Positions 53,184 through 62,444 of a DNA stretch of 64,000 nucleotides are shown in pieces. The notes beneath the pieces were generated by a model, which worked only from the letters and a program-made list of their open reading frames with translations, was not told the DNA's origin and ran no database searches. Location of the stretch: the NCBI GenBank assembly GCA_963665775.2, contig CAXXTF010000002.1, forward strand, positions 1,184,001-1,248,000. Direction: 5' to 3'. The stretch is from Dehalococcoidia bacterium. Its GTDB lineage: Bacteria > Chloroflexota > Dehalococcoidia > SM23-28-2 > RBG-16-64-32. The stretch's first letter is position 1; every line of letters starts with the position of its first letter. Made by a program: the position numbers and the translations under genes.

Positions 53184-53678
53184 TTACTCCGCCTCTTCCA
53201 CGAGGGGCGCATAGACGAAGCCACGAATCGTAACACCGCCCTGCGTCAGATCGACCTGATACCAGAGGTCGCCCTTCCCTGACTCCGCCTCTTCGCCACG
53301 GGCCTCCCCTAACACGGTTGCCCTATCGCCTACGTAGATGGCCCCCAGGATGGTTGCCACCGTCGATGGCGTCTCCCGGACACGCAGGCCGCTGTTCTCG
53401 GCGGAGACTTCGACCTCGAAAGGCTCAGCCACAGGGATCACCTCCACCTCGTCCGCAGGGGTGGCCGTCGCTTCAGGGGTCGGCGTGGTGGCAGGCGTAG
53501 GGCTCCCCGGGCTGGCCTGGGGGGTGATGCTGGGGGTGGGAGACTGTTGGGAGGCGGGCGTGGTACCGGTAGGCGTAGGAGAGCCGTCCTCTAGAACCAA
53601 CTCTGTGCCCCCACCACAGGCCAGAATCAGCGCTGCCCCAGCGGCCAGGGGGAGCAGCACCGCACGGCGGAGAGACAT
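53184..53678 (-). CDS. Lipoprotein with PT linker and SH3b-like domain
   Basis: LILAC-GGG, LRVRETPS, WYQV, GFVYAPLV. Confidence 0.75.
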   Translation of the reverse strand: MSLRRAVLLPLAAGAALILACGGGTELVLEDGSPTPTGTTPASQQSPTPSITPQASPGSPTPATTPTPEATATPADEVEVIPVAEPFEVEVSAENSGLRVRETPSTVATILGAIYVGDRATVLGEARGEEAESGKGDLWYQVDLTQGGVTIRGFVYAPLVEEAE

Positions 53679-53854
53679 CTGTCGCCTCCTTTCGATCGAT
53701 GTTAGGACGTTAGGACGTTAGACTGAGTGCGGCTAGAGTCACCCTATTATATCAAACGTCGATAACGGGAGATGCGCTACGGCCCTACCCGCCGAGTACG
53801 AAAAGAGCGCCGCCCGTGGGGCGAGACGCAGCCCCCCGAGCCCAGTATCGCTAC

Positions 53855-54553
53855 CTAACCGGACGGCTCGCCGGTCACGCTCTTATCGCCGCCTGCCCCC
53901 GATTGCAGGGCCTCGGCGAACGCCTCTTCCATCTGGGACAGTTGGAGGAAACCGTTGTTCACCATCGTGACGACCCCATTGGCATCCACGAAGATGCTCA
54001 CGGGCATCCCAATGCCACGGTACTCGTTGTACAGGGTGTCGTCTGGGTCCACGCCGTTAACGGTGAAGCTGATCCCTGTCTCCCCATCCAGGCGTGGCAC
54101 CTTCTGGAAAAAGTCGGCGGCCTTCTCCGCGGGCTCGGCCCGGTCCACCGAGATGACGACCAGATCGTCCGGATGGCGATCGAGGAGCTCCTGTATGTCG
54201 GGCAGCTCCTTCACGCAGAACAGGCACCAGGTGGCCCAAAAGTTCACATAGACAACCTTCCCCCGGAAGTCGCTCAGCCGGTGGCGATCGCCCTCGAAGT
54301 CCGACACCTCGAAGTCCGGGGCCAGCTTGCCCGCCTGTGGCCCCACACCCAGGCCCGGCCGACCGGGCGCCGGTTGCGTTTCCAGTAAAAGGACATCCTC
54401 GATCCCTTCTCCACCCGCCTGGTTGCCCAGGAGGCCCGCCAGCAGCAGCCCCAGCACCGCCACGCCCACGATGACTAAAAGCCCGCCCAGCTTCACCAGC
54501 CTCTGCCGCAGATCAGGCGCTCGGGCGCCCCCGTTAGTCTCGTCCGCCATCAT
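53855..54553 (-). CDS. TlpA/ResA-family thiol-disulfide oxidoreductase
   Basis: TM anchor, APDF, VNFWATWCLFC, GMP. Confidence 0.9.
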   Translation of the reverse strand: MMADETNGGARAPDLRQRLVKLGGLLVIVGVAVLGLLLAGLLGNQAGGEGIEDVLLLETQPAPGRPGLGVGPQAGKLAPDFEVSDFEGDRHRLSDFRGKVVYVNFWATWCLFCVKELPDIQELLDRHPDDLVVISVDRAEPAEKAADFFQKVPRLDGETGISFTVNGVDPDDTLYNEYRGIGMPVSIFVDANGVVTMVNNGFLQLSQMEEAFAEALQSGAGGDKSVTGEPSG

Positions 54554-55407
54554 GCCTCCGCCGAAAGATCTCCCAGGAAACCGAAATTGAACAGGCTGTT
54601 CAGATTGATCAGGCTGTTGGTGAAGATGAGGATGCCCACGATGATCAGCAGGGCACCGCTGACGTAATTGACCACACCCATATAGCGCTTGGCCCGGAGG
54701 TAGATGGGCTTAACGCTGCTGTAGGCCACTCCCATCGCCAGGAAGGGGATGGCAAGCCCCACCGAGTAGGCGAGCAGCAGGATTCCAGCCTGGGCCACGG
54801 TGCCGCTGGAGATGGCCAGGGCCAGGATCGCTCCCAGGGTGGGCCCGATGCAAGGGCTCCAGCCAGCCGAGAAGGCCGACCCCACCAGAAAGGAGCGGCC
54901 GTATCCCACCTTCCCCCCAGTGCCGACATCCAGTCGCCGTTCCGTATCCATGAAGGGTATGGTTATCACCTTGGCGAGGTGAAGGCCGAGGACTATCAGC
55001 AGGCCACCAGCCACCTTCAGGATGAGGTCCTGCTGATCCCGCAGGAAGAAGCCGATAATGCCCAGCGATATCCCAAACAGAACGAACACGAGCGAGAAGC
55101 CGCTGACGAAGCTGAGGGAGTGCAAGAAGGGCGAAGGGGCCGCCACTGCCGTTGAGGCCGGGCCGCCGCCCATGGGTATGGCCACCGCAGCCACGCTGCC
55201 ACCGCCGACCGAGGCCACCGTCGAAGCCGACGCTTGCGTCACGGCCACCGCCGCCGGTTCGCGCGCGGCCGGCCCCTCCAGGGAGACGCCCGTCAGATAG
55301 CCCAGGTAGGCGGGAACCAGGGGCAGAACACAGGGCGAGGCGATCGAGAGGACCCCCGCCAGGAAGGCCACCGCTATGCTGATTCCGCCGATCTCTATAA
55401 TACCCAT
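54550..55407 (-). CDS. ccdA: Cytochrome c biogenesis protein CcdA
   Basis: SPCVLPLVPAY, GWSPCIGP, YSVGLAIPF. Confidence 0.92.
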   Translation of the reverse strand: MGIIEIGGISIAVAFLAGVLSIASPCVLPLVPAYLGYLTGVSLEGPAAREPAAVAVTQASASTVASVGGGSVAAVAIPMGGGPASTAVAAPSPFLHSLSFVSGFSLVFVLFGISLGIIGFFLRDQQDLILKVAGGLLIVLGLHLAKVITIPFMDTERRLDVGTGGKVGYGRSFLVGSAFSAGWSPCIGPTLGAILALAISSGTVAQAGILLLAYSVGLAIPFLAMGVAYSSVKPIYLRAKRYMGVVNYVSGALLIIVGILIFTNSLINLNSLFNFGFLGDLSAEA

Positions 55408-55592
55408 GGTTCCAATCGAGTATACGTATCGAAGTCTCCGGAAGGATTGGCGCTCTGCCCTTCACCGGTCGCCCGGAGGTCGTCCGCGGCGCGCGGCCCA
55501 CCCTGGAGCTGCCTAATCCTGAAGCAACTCGGCGAAGCAGAGGCGATCTGCATGACGGCGTACGGCGGCTTGGCTCTCCGCTCGCATTCCCC

Positions 55593-55611
55593 TACAATGA
55601 TAAAGCTTATC
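55593..55611 (+). promoter_or_regulatory. Possible fabH promoter -10 with adjacent palindrome
   Basis: TACAAT followed by GATAA-AGC-TTATC. Confidence 0.35.
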
Positions 55612-55734
55612 GCCATGGGTAGGAAATGGCTCCGCCGGCCACCCCTACCGTCGCGGGGACCAGCGGCCTACAAGCTCTGTCGCCCACGAACCCCAGCCCG
55701 CCCTCAGAGTGCCCACGGCTGAAGGGGAGAGAAG

Positions 55735-56871
55735 ATGCAAGAGACGGTTTACGCTCAGGTTGCGGGCTGGGGCATGTGCCTTCCCTCTCGGGTCATGACC
55801 AACGAGCAGATCGTCGAGATGGGGCTGGACACTTCCGACGAATGGATTCAGGAGAGGACAGGCATCAAGGAGCGCCGGGTCGTGTCCCCGGGCGAGGCCA
55901 CATCCGATTTAGCCGTCAAGGCCGCCCAGCGGGCGCTCGATGTGGCCAACGTCCGCCCGCCGGACATCGACCTGATCATCGTCGCCACCTGCACACCCGA
56001 CCACCTGATGCCGGCCACCGCCGCCCTCGTGCAGGACCGGCTGGGGGCCAGCAACGCCGGCGCCCTGGACCTCAACGCCGCCTGTAGCGGCTTCACCTAC
56101 GCCCTGGATATGGGAGCATCCCAGATTGAGTCCGGGCGGGCGAAACAGGTGCTGATCGTTGGCGCCGATACCCTCTCCTCCTACCTCAACTGGGAGGACA
56201 GGTCCACGTGTATCCTCTTCGGTGATGGCGCCGGGGCGCTCCTGCTTCAGGCCAGCCAGGAACCGGGCATCCTATCCACCAACCTCGGCTCCGACGGCTC
56301 GGGGGCGGGCCTCATCATCATTCCGGGCGGCGGCTCCCGTCTACCCCCCAACGGCAACCCGGTGAACAGAAGCGACCTCTACATTAAGATGAACGGCCGC
56401 CAGGTCTTCCGCTGGGCCACGCAGATCATGGAGAAGTCGACCACAAAGGCCATTCAGGCCTCTGGATTGACGGCGGACGATATCGATCTGTTTATACCTC
56501 ACCAGGCGAACATCCGGATCATCGAGACCGCCACGAAGCGTCTGGGGCTGGAAATGGATCGAGTCTTCGTTAACCTGGGCAGCTACGGCAACACCAGCGC
56601 CGCCTCCATCCCTATCGCCCTTTGCGAAGCGATAGAGCAGGGAAGGGTCGCGCCCGGGGATAATATCGTGCTTACCAGCTTCGGGTCCGGTCTCTCCTGG
56701 GCAGCCACCGTCATTCACTGGGGGAGCCCGTTACCCGTCCGCCGCTCCCTGTGGCAGCGCTCCAAACAACGGACGCGCCGTCGGATGGCATCCGTCAGAT
56801 CTTTGGCCCGCAGGCAGCGACGACGCGTACGGGCGCTCGTCGAGCGGGCGTTACGGAGAGGCGACGTCTAA
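55735..56871 (+). CDS. fabH: 3-oxoacyl-ACP synthase III
   Basis: AACSGF, LFGDGAGA, PHQAN, GNTSAAS. Confidence 0.95.
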   Translation: MQETVYAQVAGWGMCLPSRVMTNEQIVEMGLDTSDEWIQERTGIKERRVVSPGEATSDLAVKAAQRALDVANVRPPDIDLIIVATCTPDHLMPATAALVQDRLGASNAGALDLNAACSGFTYALDMGASQIESGRAKQVLIVGADTLSSYLNWEDRSTCILFGDGAGALLLQASQEPGILSTNLGSDGSGAGLIIIPGGGSRLPPNGNPVNRSDLYIKMNGRQVFRWATQIMEKSTTKAIQASGLTADDIDLFIPHQANIRIIETATKRLGLEMDRVFVNLGSYGNTSAASIPIALCEAIEQGRVAPGDNIVLTSFGSGLSWAATVIHWGSPLPVRRSLWQRSKQRTRRRMASVRSLARRQRRRVRALVERALRRGDV

Positions 56872-56929
56872 CAGCGCTCGGCGGCGCCGTTCCGGAGCAA
56901 CAACGGCTTCCGCTGCCCCTGCCTCCTAC

Positions 56930-56958
56930 TCGGCCTCGGAGAGCCTCCGGCCCTCCCG
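56930..56958 (-). promoter_or_regulatory. Candidate SECIS for the glutaredoxin-like gene
   Basis: Minus strand GGAGGGCC-GGA-GGCTCTCC; loop begins with G about 22 nt after the UGA. Confidence 0.55.
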
Positions 56959-57183
56959 CTAGGTGATCTCTCAGCCGTGCTCGCCATCCCAACCGATCTC
57001 GATATCACCATCCGCCCAGATGATAACCGGAACGGTGAAGGCGTACTTCAGCACCTCATCCCACCACTGGGCGTTATCGTCTACCCGCCGCTCCTCGAAG
57101 TCGATGCCGCGCTCGCGCATGGCGGTCATCGCCTTATCGCAGGTAGGACAGCTACGCAGGGTGTAAATGACGACGCTGCTCAA
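56959..57183 (-). CDS. Glutaredoxin-like protein with probable C-terminal selenocysteine (..EHG-U-EIT*)
   Basis: YTLRSCPTC, TVPVI; TGA 56973-56971 followed by GAG ATC ACC TAG and a hairpin. Confidence 0.75.
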
Positions 57184-57298
57184 TGACTGGACTCCTCAGC
57201 TCATTCTAGCACTGACAGGCCTTGAACCAAACCCTGGCACTCCATTGACACCCGTTGCTCGTATCCTATGATGAAACCACCGCGTCAGGCGAAAGCAG

Positions 57299-58162
57299 AT
57301 GGCACGAAAAGAGGGTCACAAAGGGAGTACCCCCGGCCCCGTAGCCCTCGTGCTCGGGGCTGGCGGTACCAAAGGCTGGGCCCACGTAGGGGTGCTGAGG
57401 AGCTTGCACGAGGCCGGTGTGCCCATCGACCTCATAGTGGGCGCCAGCGCCGGGGCTCTCATCGGCCCGCTGTACGCGGTGCGGCGCGACGCCGCCGCCA
57501 TGGAGCGCATAGCCCTTAGCTTTACGACCCGCTCGTTCACCGACTGGTTCCTGCACGGGCTCCGCATCGGCCCCGATAGCGGGCGGATGGCGCGACGGCT
57601 GTGGCAGGCGTACGGACGCTACGATTTCCAGGAGATGGCGATCCCCTTCGCCTCCGTGGCCCATGACCTGGCGACAGGCAGACGGCTCGTCCTCCGAGAG
57701 GGTCTGGTCGCCCCGGCGGTGGAGGCGAGCATCCGGCCGCCCATACTGGGCCCACCGACGAGGGCGGACGGGCGCTGGCTGGTAGACGGGGGACTCCAGA
57801 GCGCCGTGCCCACGGACGTGGCCCTCGATCTGGGTGCGGCGGTCGTCATCGCTGTGAACGTAGGTGAGCTCTTCCGGCTGCCTCGGCCAATCCGGCCCCT
57901 CTCGGCGAAGTGGGGACGATCTTTACGGCGCAGGGCCGCCCGGCCCGACGGGCTGGAATGCCAGATCGGGCTCATAGCGGAGATGGTCTCACGGCCCAGG
58001 GTTAGAGAGCCTCGACCGCAGGTGGAGATCCGGCCGGACATGAGGGGGATCACCGCCTTATCGCCCTGGGCAATCGAGCTGGCCGCCGAGAGGGGGGAGG
58101 CGGCGGCGCGGCGGGCGCTGCCGGCCATCGAACGGGCTCTGGCTTCTCTGCGGACGCCCTAA
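57299..58162 (+). CDS. Patatin-like phospholipase
   Basis: GAGGTKG, GASAG, DGG. Confidence 0.9.
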   Translation: MARKEGHKGSTPGPVALVLGAGGTKGWAHVGVLRSLHEAGVPIDLIVGASAGALIGPLYAVRRDAAAMERIALSFTTRSFTDWFLHGLRIGPDSGRMARRLWQAYGRYDFQEMAIPFASVAHDLATGRRLVLREGLVAPAVEASIRPPILGPPTRADGRWLVDGGLQSAVPTDVALDLGAAVVIAVNVGELFRLPRPIRPLSAKWGRSLRRRAARPDGLECQIGLIAEMVSRPRVREPRPQVEIRPDMRGITALSPWAIELAAERGEAAARRALPAIERALASLRTP

Positions 58163-58596
58163 GAGGCGCGGCGCGGCAGGATGACCACCGCCTGGCCCGG
58201 CGTGGTGACCCCCTCCCGCTCGTTCTCCGCCCAGACGTCCAGCTCCACCCACCCCTGGCCGTCGCGCTCGTACCTGTCGGTGACCTTGCCCCGGCAGGCC
58301 ATAGTGTCGCCGGGGCGCTGCTGGCGTCGCATCTCGAAGCGGAGCTTGCGCAGGAACCCCTCGTCCCCCATCCAGTCCGTGATGAGCCGCACCAGAGCCG
58401 CCTGGAGGAAGCCGGTGCTCATGAAGATGTCCGGGTGGCCGGACTTGGCGGCGAAAGCGGGATCGAAGTGCACGGGGTACCAGTCCTGGGAGCCGCTGAC
58501 CTCCAGAAACACCCGCCTGGGGCTGATCTCCAGCGAGAAGCCGGACAGCTCCTGACCTACCGCCACGTCCTCCCAATACGGCTGCGGCCGCTTCAC
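58159..58596 (-). CDS. MaoC/hot-dog-fold dehydratase
   Basis: DWYPVHFD, PGDTMACRGKV. Confidence 0.85.
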   Translation of the reverse strand: MKRPQPYWEDVAVGQELSGFSLEISPRRVFLEVSGSQDWYPVHFDPAFAAKSGHPDIFMSTGFLQAALVRLITDWMGDEGFLRKLRFEMRRQQRPGDTMACRGKVTDRYERDGQGWVELDVWAENEREGVTTPGQAVVILPRRAS

Positions 58597-59138
58597 TGAG
58601 GGGCCTCTTCCTGCCGGTCCCGGGCCGCCGCAACCTCATCCGGCGTGCGATGCATCAGCATGGTGTTGCGAATGATGCATACGGTCTCGTCCCGCTGGTC
58701 AGTGATGATCGCCTCGGCCACGATCCACACCGCCTCGGGGTCCAGCGACACCGCCTTCTGGTAGATGTCGGCCACGCGGCGACGCACCGATAGCTGATCG
58801 CCCACCTTGATCCGGGCGAACCACTCTAGCTCCTGGCTCATGTTGGCGATGCGCTTGCCGGGGGTGGGAACGATGGGGAACATAGGCTCGAAGACGGCCG
58901 GCCAGGGGCCCCGGCTGGCGAAGTACATAGCCAACCAGCCGGAGGGGGGACAGAGAACGGCCCCGTGGGAGGTCGTCTTCGTGTACTCCGGGTCCAGAAA
59001 GAGGGGGTTGTTGTCGTCCACCATGTGGCAGTGGCGGCGGATGGGGTCGTGCTCCACCGGATAGCGTCCCCGGACCGGCGCCGTCTCGAAGCCGATGTAC
59101 TTCTGCCGGACAGCCTCGATATCGTACTCGCTGGTCAC
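58593..59138 (-). CDS. MaoC N-terminal-type hot-dog-fold protein
   Basis: DNNPLFLD, QELEWFARIKVGD; coupled to the MaoC gene. Confidence 0.8.
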   Translation of the reverse strand: MTSEYDIEAVRQKYIGFETAPVRGRYPVEHDPIRRHCHMVDDNNPLFLDPEYTKTTSHGAVLCPPSGWLAMYFASRGPWPAVFEPMFPIVPTPGKRIANMSQELEWFARIKVGDQLSVRRRVADIYQKAVSLDPEAVWIVAEAIITDQRDETVCIIRNTMLMHRTPDEVAAARDRQEEAPQ

Positions 59139-59965
59139 GTTGACCTTCCACGGCTACCGACTGGGCGGACCCGGGGCAGGAAGGCGCCGAGCACACGGTT
59201 GAACTCGTCGGCCTGCTCCACCTGGGGCGAGTGGCCCCCACCCGCGATGATCGCCAGCTCGCTCCCAGGGATGCGCTCATGCATGCGGTGAGAGGGCCCG
59301 AGGTACGCCTCATCATCCTCGCCACACAGGATGAGGGTCGGCGCCGATATGGCGTGCACATCGTCCAGAAGCGACTCTCGGTTGGAGATGGCGTCGGCGC
59401 AGTAAACGTACGCCTCCCGGGAAGTGAGCAGGAACTGCCGGCGCCACGCTTCGAAAGCATCAGGCTCCGCCCGCAGCTCGGCAGCCAGGGGATCGCTACG
59501 GATCAGCTCCTGGAAGACAGCCTCCAGCCCCCGCTCGTGGGCGATCCGGGCCAATCGAGCTCGCCGCTCGTTGTCCATCTCGTCGGACACCACCTCGGCC
59601 GCCGTATCGACCAAGACGAGGGCACGAAACGGATCGGGGTGGGCCAGGATCAGGCGTTGGGCTATCATGCCGCCCATGGAGTGGCCGATGAGGCAGCACT
59701 GGTCCAGGCTCAGCCGCTCCACCAGGCGGTACACGTCCTCCGCCATGAGCCCCAGGGTATACTCCTCGGGCCGTGTGGGCTTCTCCGAATCGCCGTGGCC
59801 CCGCAGGTCCAGGAGGATGGCGCGATAGCCCTGGCTCAGCACGACGGGAATCTGCAGGTCCCAGTTGCGCAGGTTGCCGGTGTAACCGTGGACGAAGACG
59901 ATGGGAAAGCCCTCGCCGACATCCAAGTGGTGCAGATCGAGGCTGTTGACTCCGGCGTGCGGCAC
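59135..59965 (-). CDS. Alpha/beta hydrolase
   Basis: VHG, DLRGHGDS, GHSMGG, GHSP; GGGAGGG before GTG 59965. Confidence 0.9.
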   Translation of the reverse strand: MPHAGVNSLDLHHLDVGEGFPIVFVHGYTGNLRNWDLQIPVVLSQGYRAILLDLRGHGDSEKPTRPEEYTLGLMAEDVYRLVERLSLDQCCLIGHSMGGMIAQRLILAHPDPFRALVLVDTAAEVVSDEMDNERRARLARIAHERGLEAVFQELIRSDPLAAELRAEPDAFEAWRRQFLLTSREAYVYCADAISNRESLLDDVHAISAPTLILCGEDDEAYLGPSHRMHERIPGSELAIIAGGGHSPQVEQADEFNRVLGAFLPRVRPVGSRGRST

Positions 59966-60137
59966 GAGTTCCCCTCCCAAAGTAGAGAGAGTATAACATA
60001 GGCACTAGACACGACCGCCGGGCCGCCGAGATCGTCGCTCCCGTCCCTTCTGATATTGACAGCGCAACAAGGCGAGCGATAACGTTAAAGGCGACCCAGA
60101 ACACCACCCCCGAACCGCAGTACAAGGGAGTAACCCC

Positions 60138-60605
60138 CTGAAACTTCTTCTGACCCACCCCGAGAAGTGCGTTGCCTGCCACTTGTGCGAGGGGGCCTGC
60201 TCATTCCGGCACGAGGGGGCCTTCCAGCCGGCCAACAGCCGTATCTTCGTGAACGACCTCGTGGATCAAGCCATCTACGTCCCCGTGGCCTGTTTCCACT
60301 GCCGGGACGCCCCCTGCCTGAGCAACTGCCCCACCTACGCCATTACGCGCGATCCAACCACGGGGCAAGTCACGGTCAACGACGACCGATGCATCGGCTG
60401 CAAGATGTGCCTGGTGGCCTGCCCCTTCAGCGTCATGGGGTTCCACACGGAGAAGAACGTCTCCCAGAACTGCGACCTCTGCGGGGGCGACCCCCAATGC
60501 GTCAAGGTCTGCACCTACGACGCTCTGGAGTACGCGGAGGTGGAGCCCATCGAATGGATGACCAGGCTGGACCAGGCGGAGCGTCCGGCGGCAGCGGCGG
60601 GCTAG
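60138..60605 (+). CDS. 4Fe-4S polyferredoxin subunit of AOR; probable CTG start
   Basis: AGGGAG-N7-CTG; CVACHLCEGAC, CFHC..C..CP, CIGCKMCLVACP, CDLC..C..C. Confidence 0.88.
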   Translation: MKLLLTHPEKCVACHLCEGACSFRHEGAFQPANSRIFVNDLVDQAIYVPVACFHCRDAPCLSNCPTYAITRDPTTGQVTVNDDRCIGCKMCLVACPFSVMGFHTEKNVSQNCDLCGGDPQCVKVCTYDALEYAEVEPIEWMTRLDQAERPAAAAG

Positions 60606-60613
60606 GGGAACCG

Positions 60614-62440
60614 ATGTCGTACGGATGGACGGGGCTGATGCTGCGGGTGAACCTGACGGCGCGCTCCATAGAGAGGGAGCCCCTGAACATGGACTGGGCT
60701 CGCCAGTACATCGGCGGGCGCGGCCTGGGCACCCGCTATCTGTACGAGGAGATCGACCCCGGCTGCGACGCGCTGGGGCCGGAGAACAAGGTGATCTTCG
60801 CTACCGGCCCCCTTACGGGCACCTACGCCCCTACCGGCGGACGCTACATGGTTCTCTGCAAGAGCCCCCTCACGGGGGCTATCGCCTGCTCCAACGCGGG
60901 CGGCTACTGGGGGCCCGAGCTGAAGTTCGCCGGGTACGACCTGCTAATCCTGGAGGGCCGCGCCTCCAAACCCGTATACCTCTGGGTCCACAACAGCCGG
61001 GTGGAGATCCGCGACGCCTCCCACGTATGGGGCAAGCACACCGAGGAGACCGAGGACGTCCTGCGGGCCGAGACCGACCCCCAGGCCCGTGTCGCCAGCA
61101 TCGGCCCGGCCGGGGAGAACCTGAGCCGCCTGGCCGCCGTCATCAACGATAAATCTAGGGCAGCTGGACGGTCCGGCGTGGGCGCGGCCCTCGGCTCGAA
61201 GAACCTCAAGGCGATCGTCGTACGGGGGACGGGAGCCATTAAGGTGGCGGAGGCGGGGAAATTCTCGGAGTTGGTCCTCGACGCGATGGCGGGCATCAGT
61301 CAGTCGTCCCCCGCGGCCAACGCCCTCCGCGTCCTGGGCACGCCCTCTACAGTCGGCTTCACCAACTCCGTGGGCATCCTGCCCACTAACAACTTCCAGG
61401 CCGGCCGCTTCGAGGCGGCCGACGCCATCAGCGGCCCTACCATCGCCAACACAGTGCTCGTACGTACCAAGGGGTGCTACTCCTGCCCCATCGGCTGCGC
61501 TCGCGTAACGGAGATCCGCGATCAGGGGTCAAAATGGCAGGGCCATGGTCAAGGCCCGGAGTACGAAACGATCTTCGGCCTGGGCAGCGACTGCGGCGTG
61601 GGCGATCTGAACGCCGTACTGTACGCCAACTACCTGTGCAACCTGTACGCCGTGGACACCATCTCCGCCGGCGGCACCATCGCCACGGCCATGGAGCTGG
61701 CGGAGCGGGGCTACATCCCCGAGGACGATCTGGCGGAGGTGGGCACAGCACTCAAGTTCGGTAACCCCGACGCCGTCATACGATGCCTGGAGATGATGTC
61801 CTATCGCCAGGGCGCGTTCGGAGACCTCCTGGCCGAGGGCGGCTACCGGCTGGCGCAGCACTACGGCCACCCGGAGCTGTTTATGGGCTCCAAGAAACAA
61901 GAATTCGCCGCCTACGACCCGCGAGGGGCGAAAGGAATGGGGCTGGGATACGCTACCTCCAGCCGGGGCGCCTGTCACCTGCGGGGCTACTCCATGGACG
62001 TAGAGTGGTTCGCGCCGCGGGAGTCACGCCTGGACCCCTTCAGCATCGAGGGGAAAGCGGAAGCCACGAAGGGGCTCCAGGACAAGGCGGCCAGCGAAGA
62101 CGCCTCCGGCATTTGCACCTTCACCAGGTCTGTGGTCACACCGGAGAAGCTGGCGCCGATGTACGCCGCCGCCACCGGCGAGAGCGTCAGCCCCGAGGAG
62201 TGGCTCACCATTGGCGAACGTATCTGGAACCTGGAGCGGCTGTTCAACAACCGCGCCGGCCTCAGCCGCGAGGACGATACGCTGCCACCGCGCATGACCA
62301 GCGAGCCGCTCACCGGCGGCACCGTTCAGGGCCAGGTGGTGGAGCTGGCCCCTATGCTGGAGGAGTACTACCGCGTCCGCGGCTGGGACGTCGACGGCAG
62401 GCCCAGGCCGGAGACCCTGACCCGCCTGGGCCTGGCATAG
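60614..62440 (+). CDS. aor: Aldehyde:ferredoxin oxidoreductase (W-pterin AOR family) catalytic subunit
   Basis: MSYGWTG, KSPLTG, AGRSGVGA, SKNLKA, CYSCPIGC, PEYET, DTIS, RGACH. Confidence 0.93.
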   Translation: MSYGWTGLMLRVNLTARSIEREPLNMDWARQYIGGRGLGTRYLYEEIDPGCDALGPENKVIFATGPLTGTYAPTGGRYMVLCKSPLTGAIACSNAGGYWGPELKFAGYDLLILEGRASKPVYLWVHNSRVEIRDASHVWGKHTEETEDVLRAETDPQARVASIGPAGENLSRLAAVINDKSRAAGRSGVGAALGSKNLKAIVVRGTGAIKVAEAGKFSELVLDAMAGISQSSPAANALRVLGTPSTVGFTNSVGILPTNNFQAGRFEAADAISGPTIANTVLVRTKGCYSCPIGCARVTEIRDQGSKWQGHGQGPEYETIFGLGSDCGVGDLNAVLYANYLCNLYAVDTISAGGTIATAMELAERGYIPEDDLAEVGTALKFGNPDAVIRCLEMMSYRQGAFGDLLAEGGYRLAQHYGHPELFMGSKKQEFAAYDPRGAKGMGLGYATSSRGACHLRGYSMDVEWFAPRESRLDPFSIEGKAEATKGLQDKAASEDASGICTFTRSVVTPEKLAPMYAAATGESVSPEEWLTIGERIWNLERLFNNRAGLSREDDTLPPRMTSEPLTGGTVQGQVVELAPMLEEYYRVRGWDVDGRPRPETLTRLGLA

Positions 62441-62444
62441 CCAC

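Noticed and set aside
60167-62440. 757-aa AOR with a long N-terminal extension
   Set aside because: The extension overlaps the Fe-S gene in another frame; AOR homology begins at MSYGWTG (60614).
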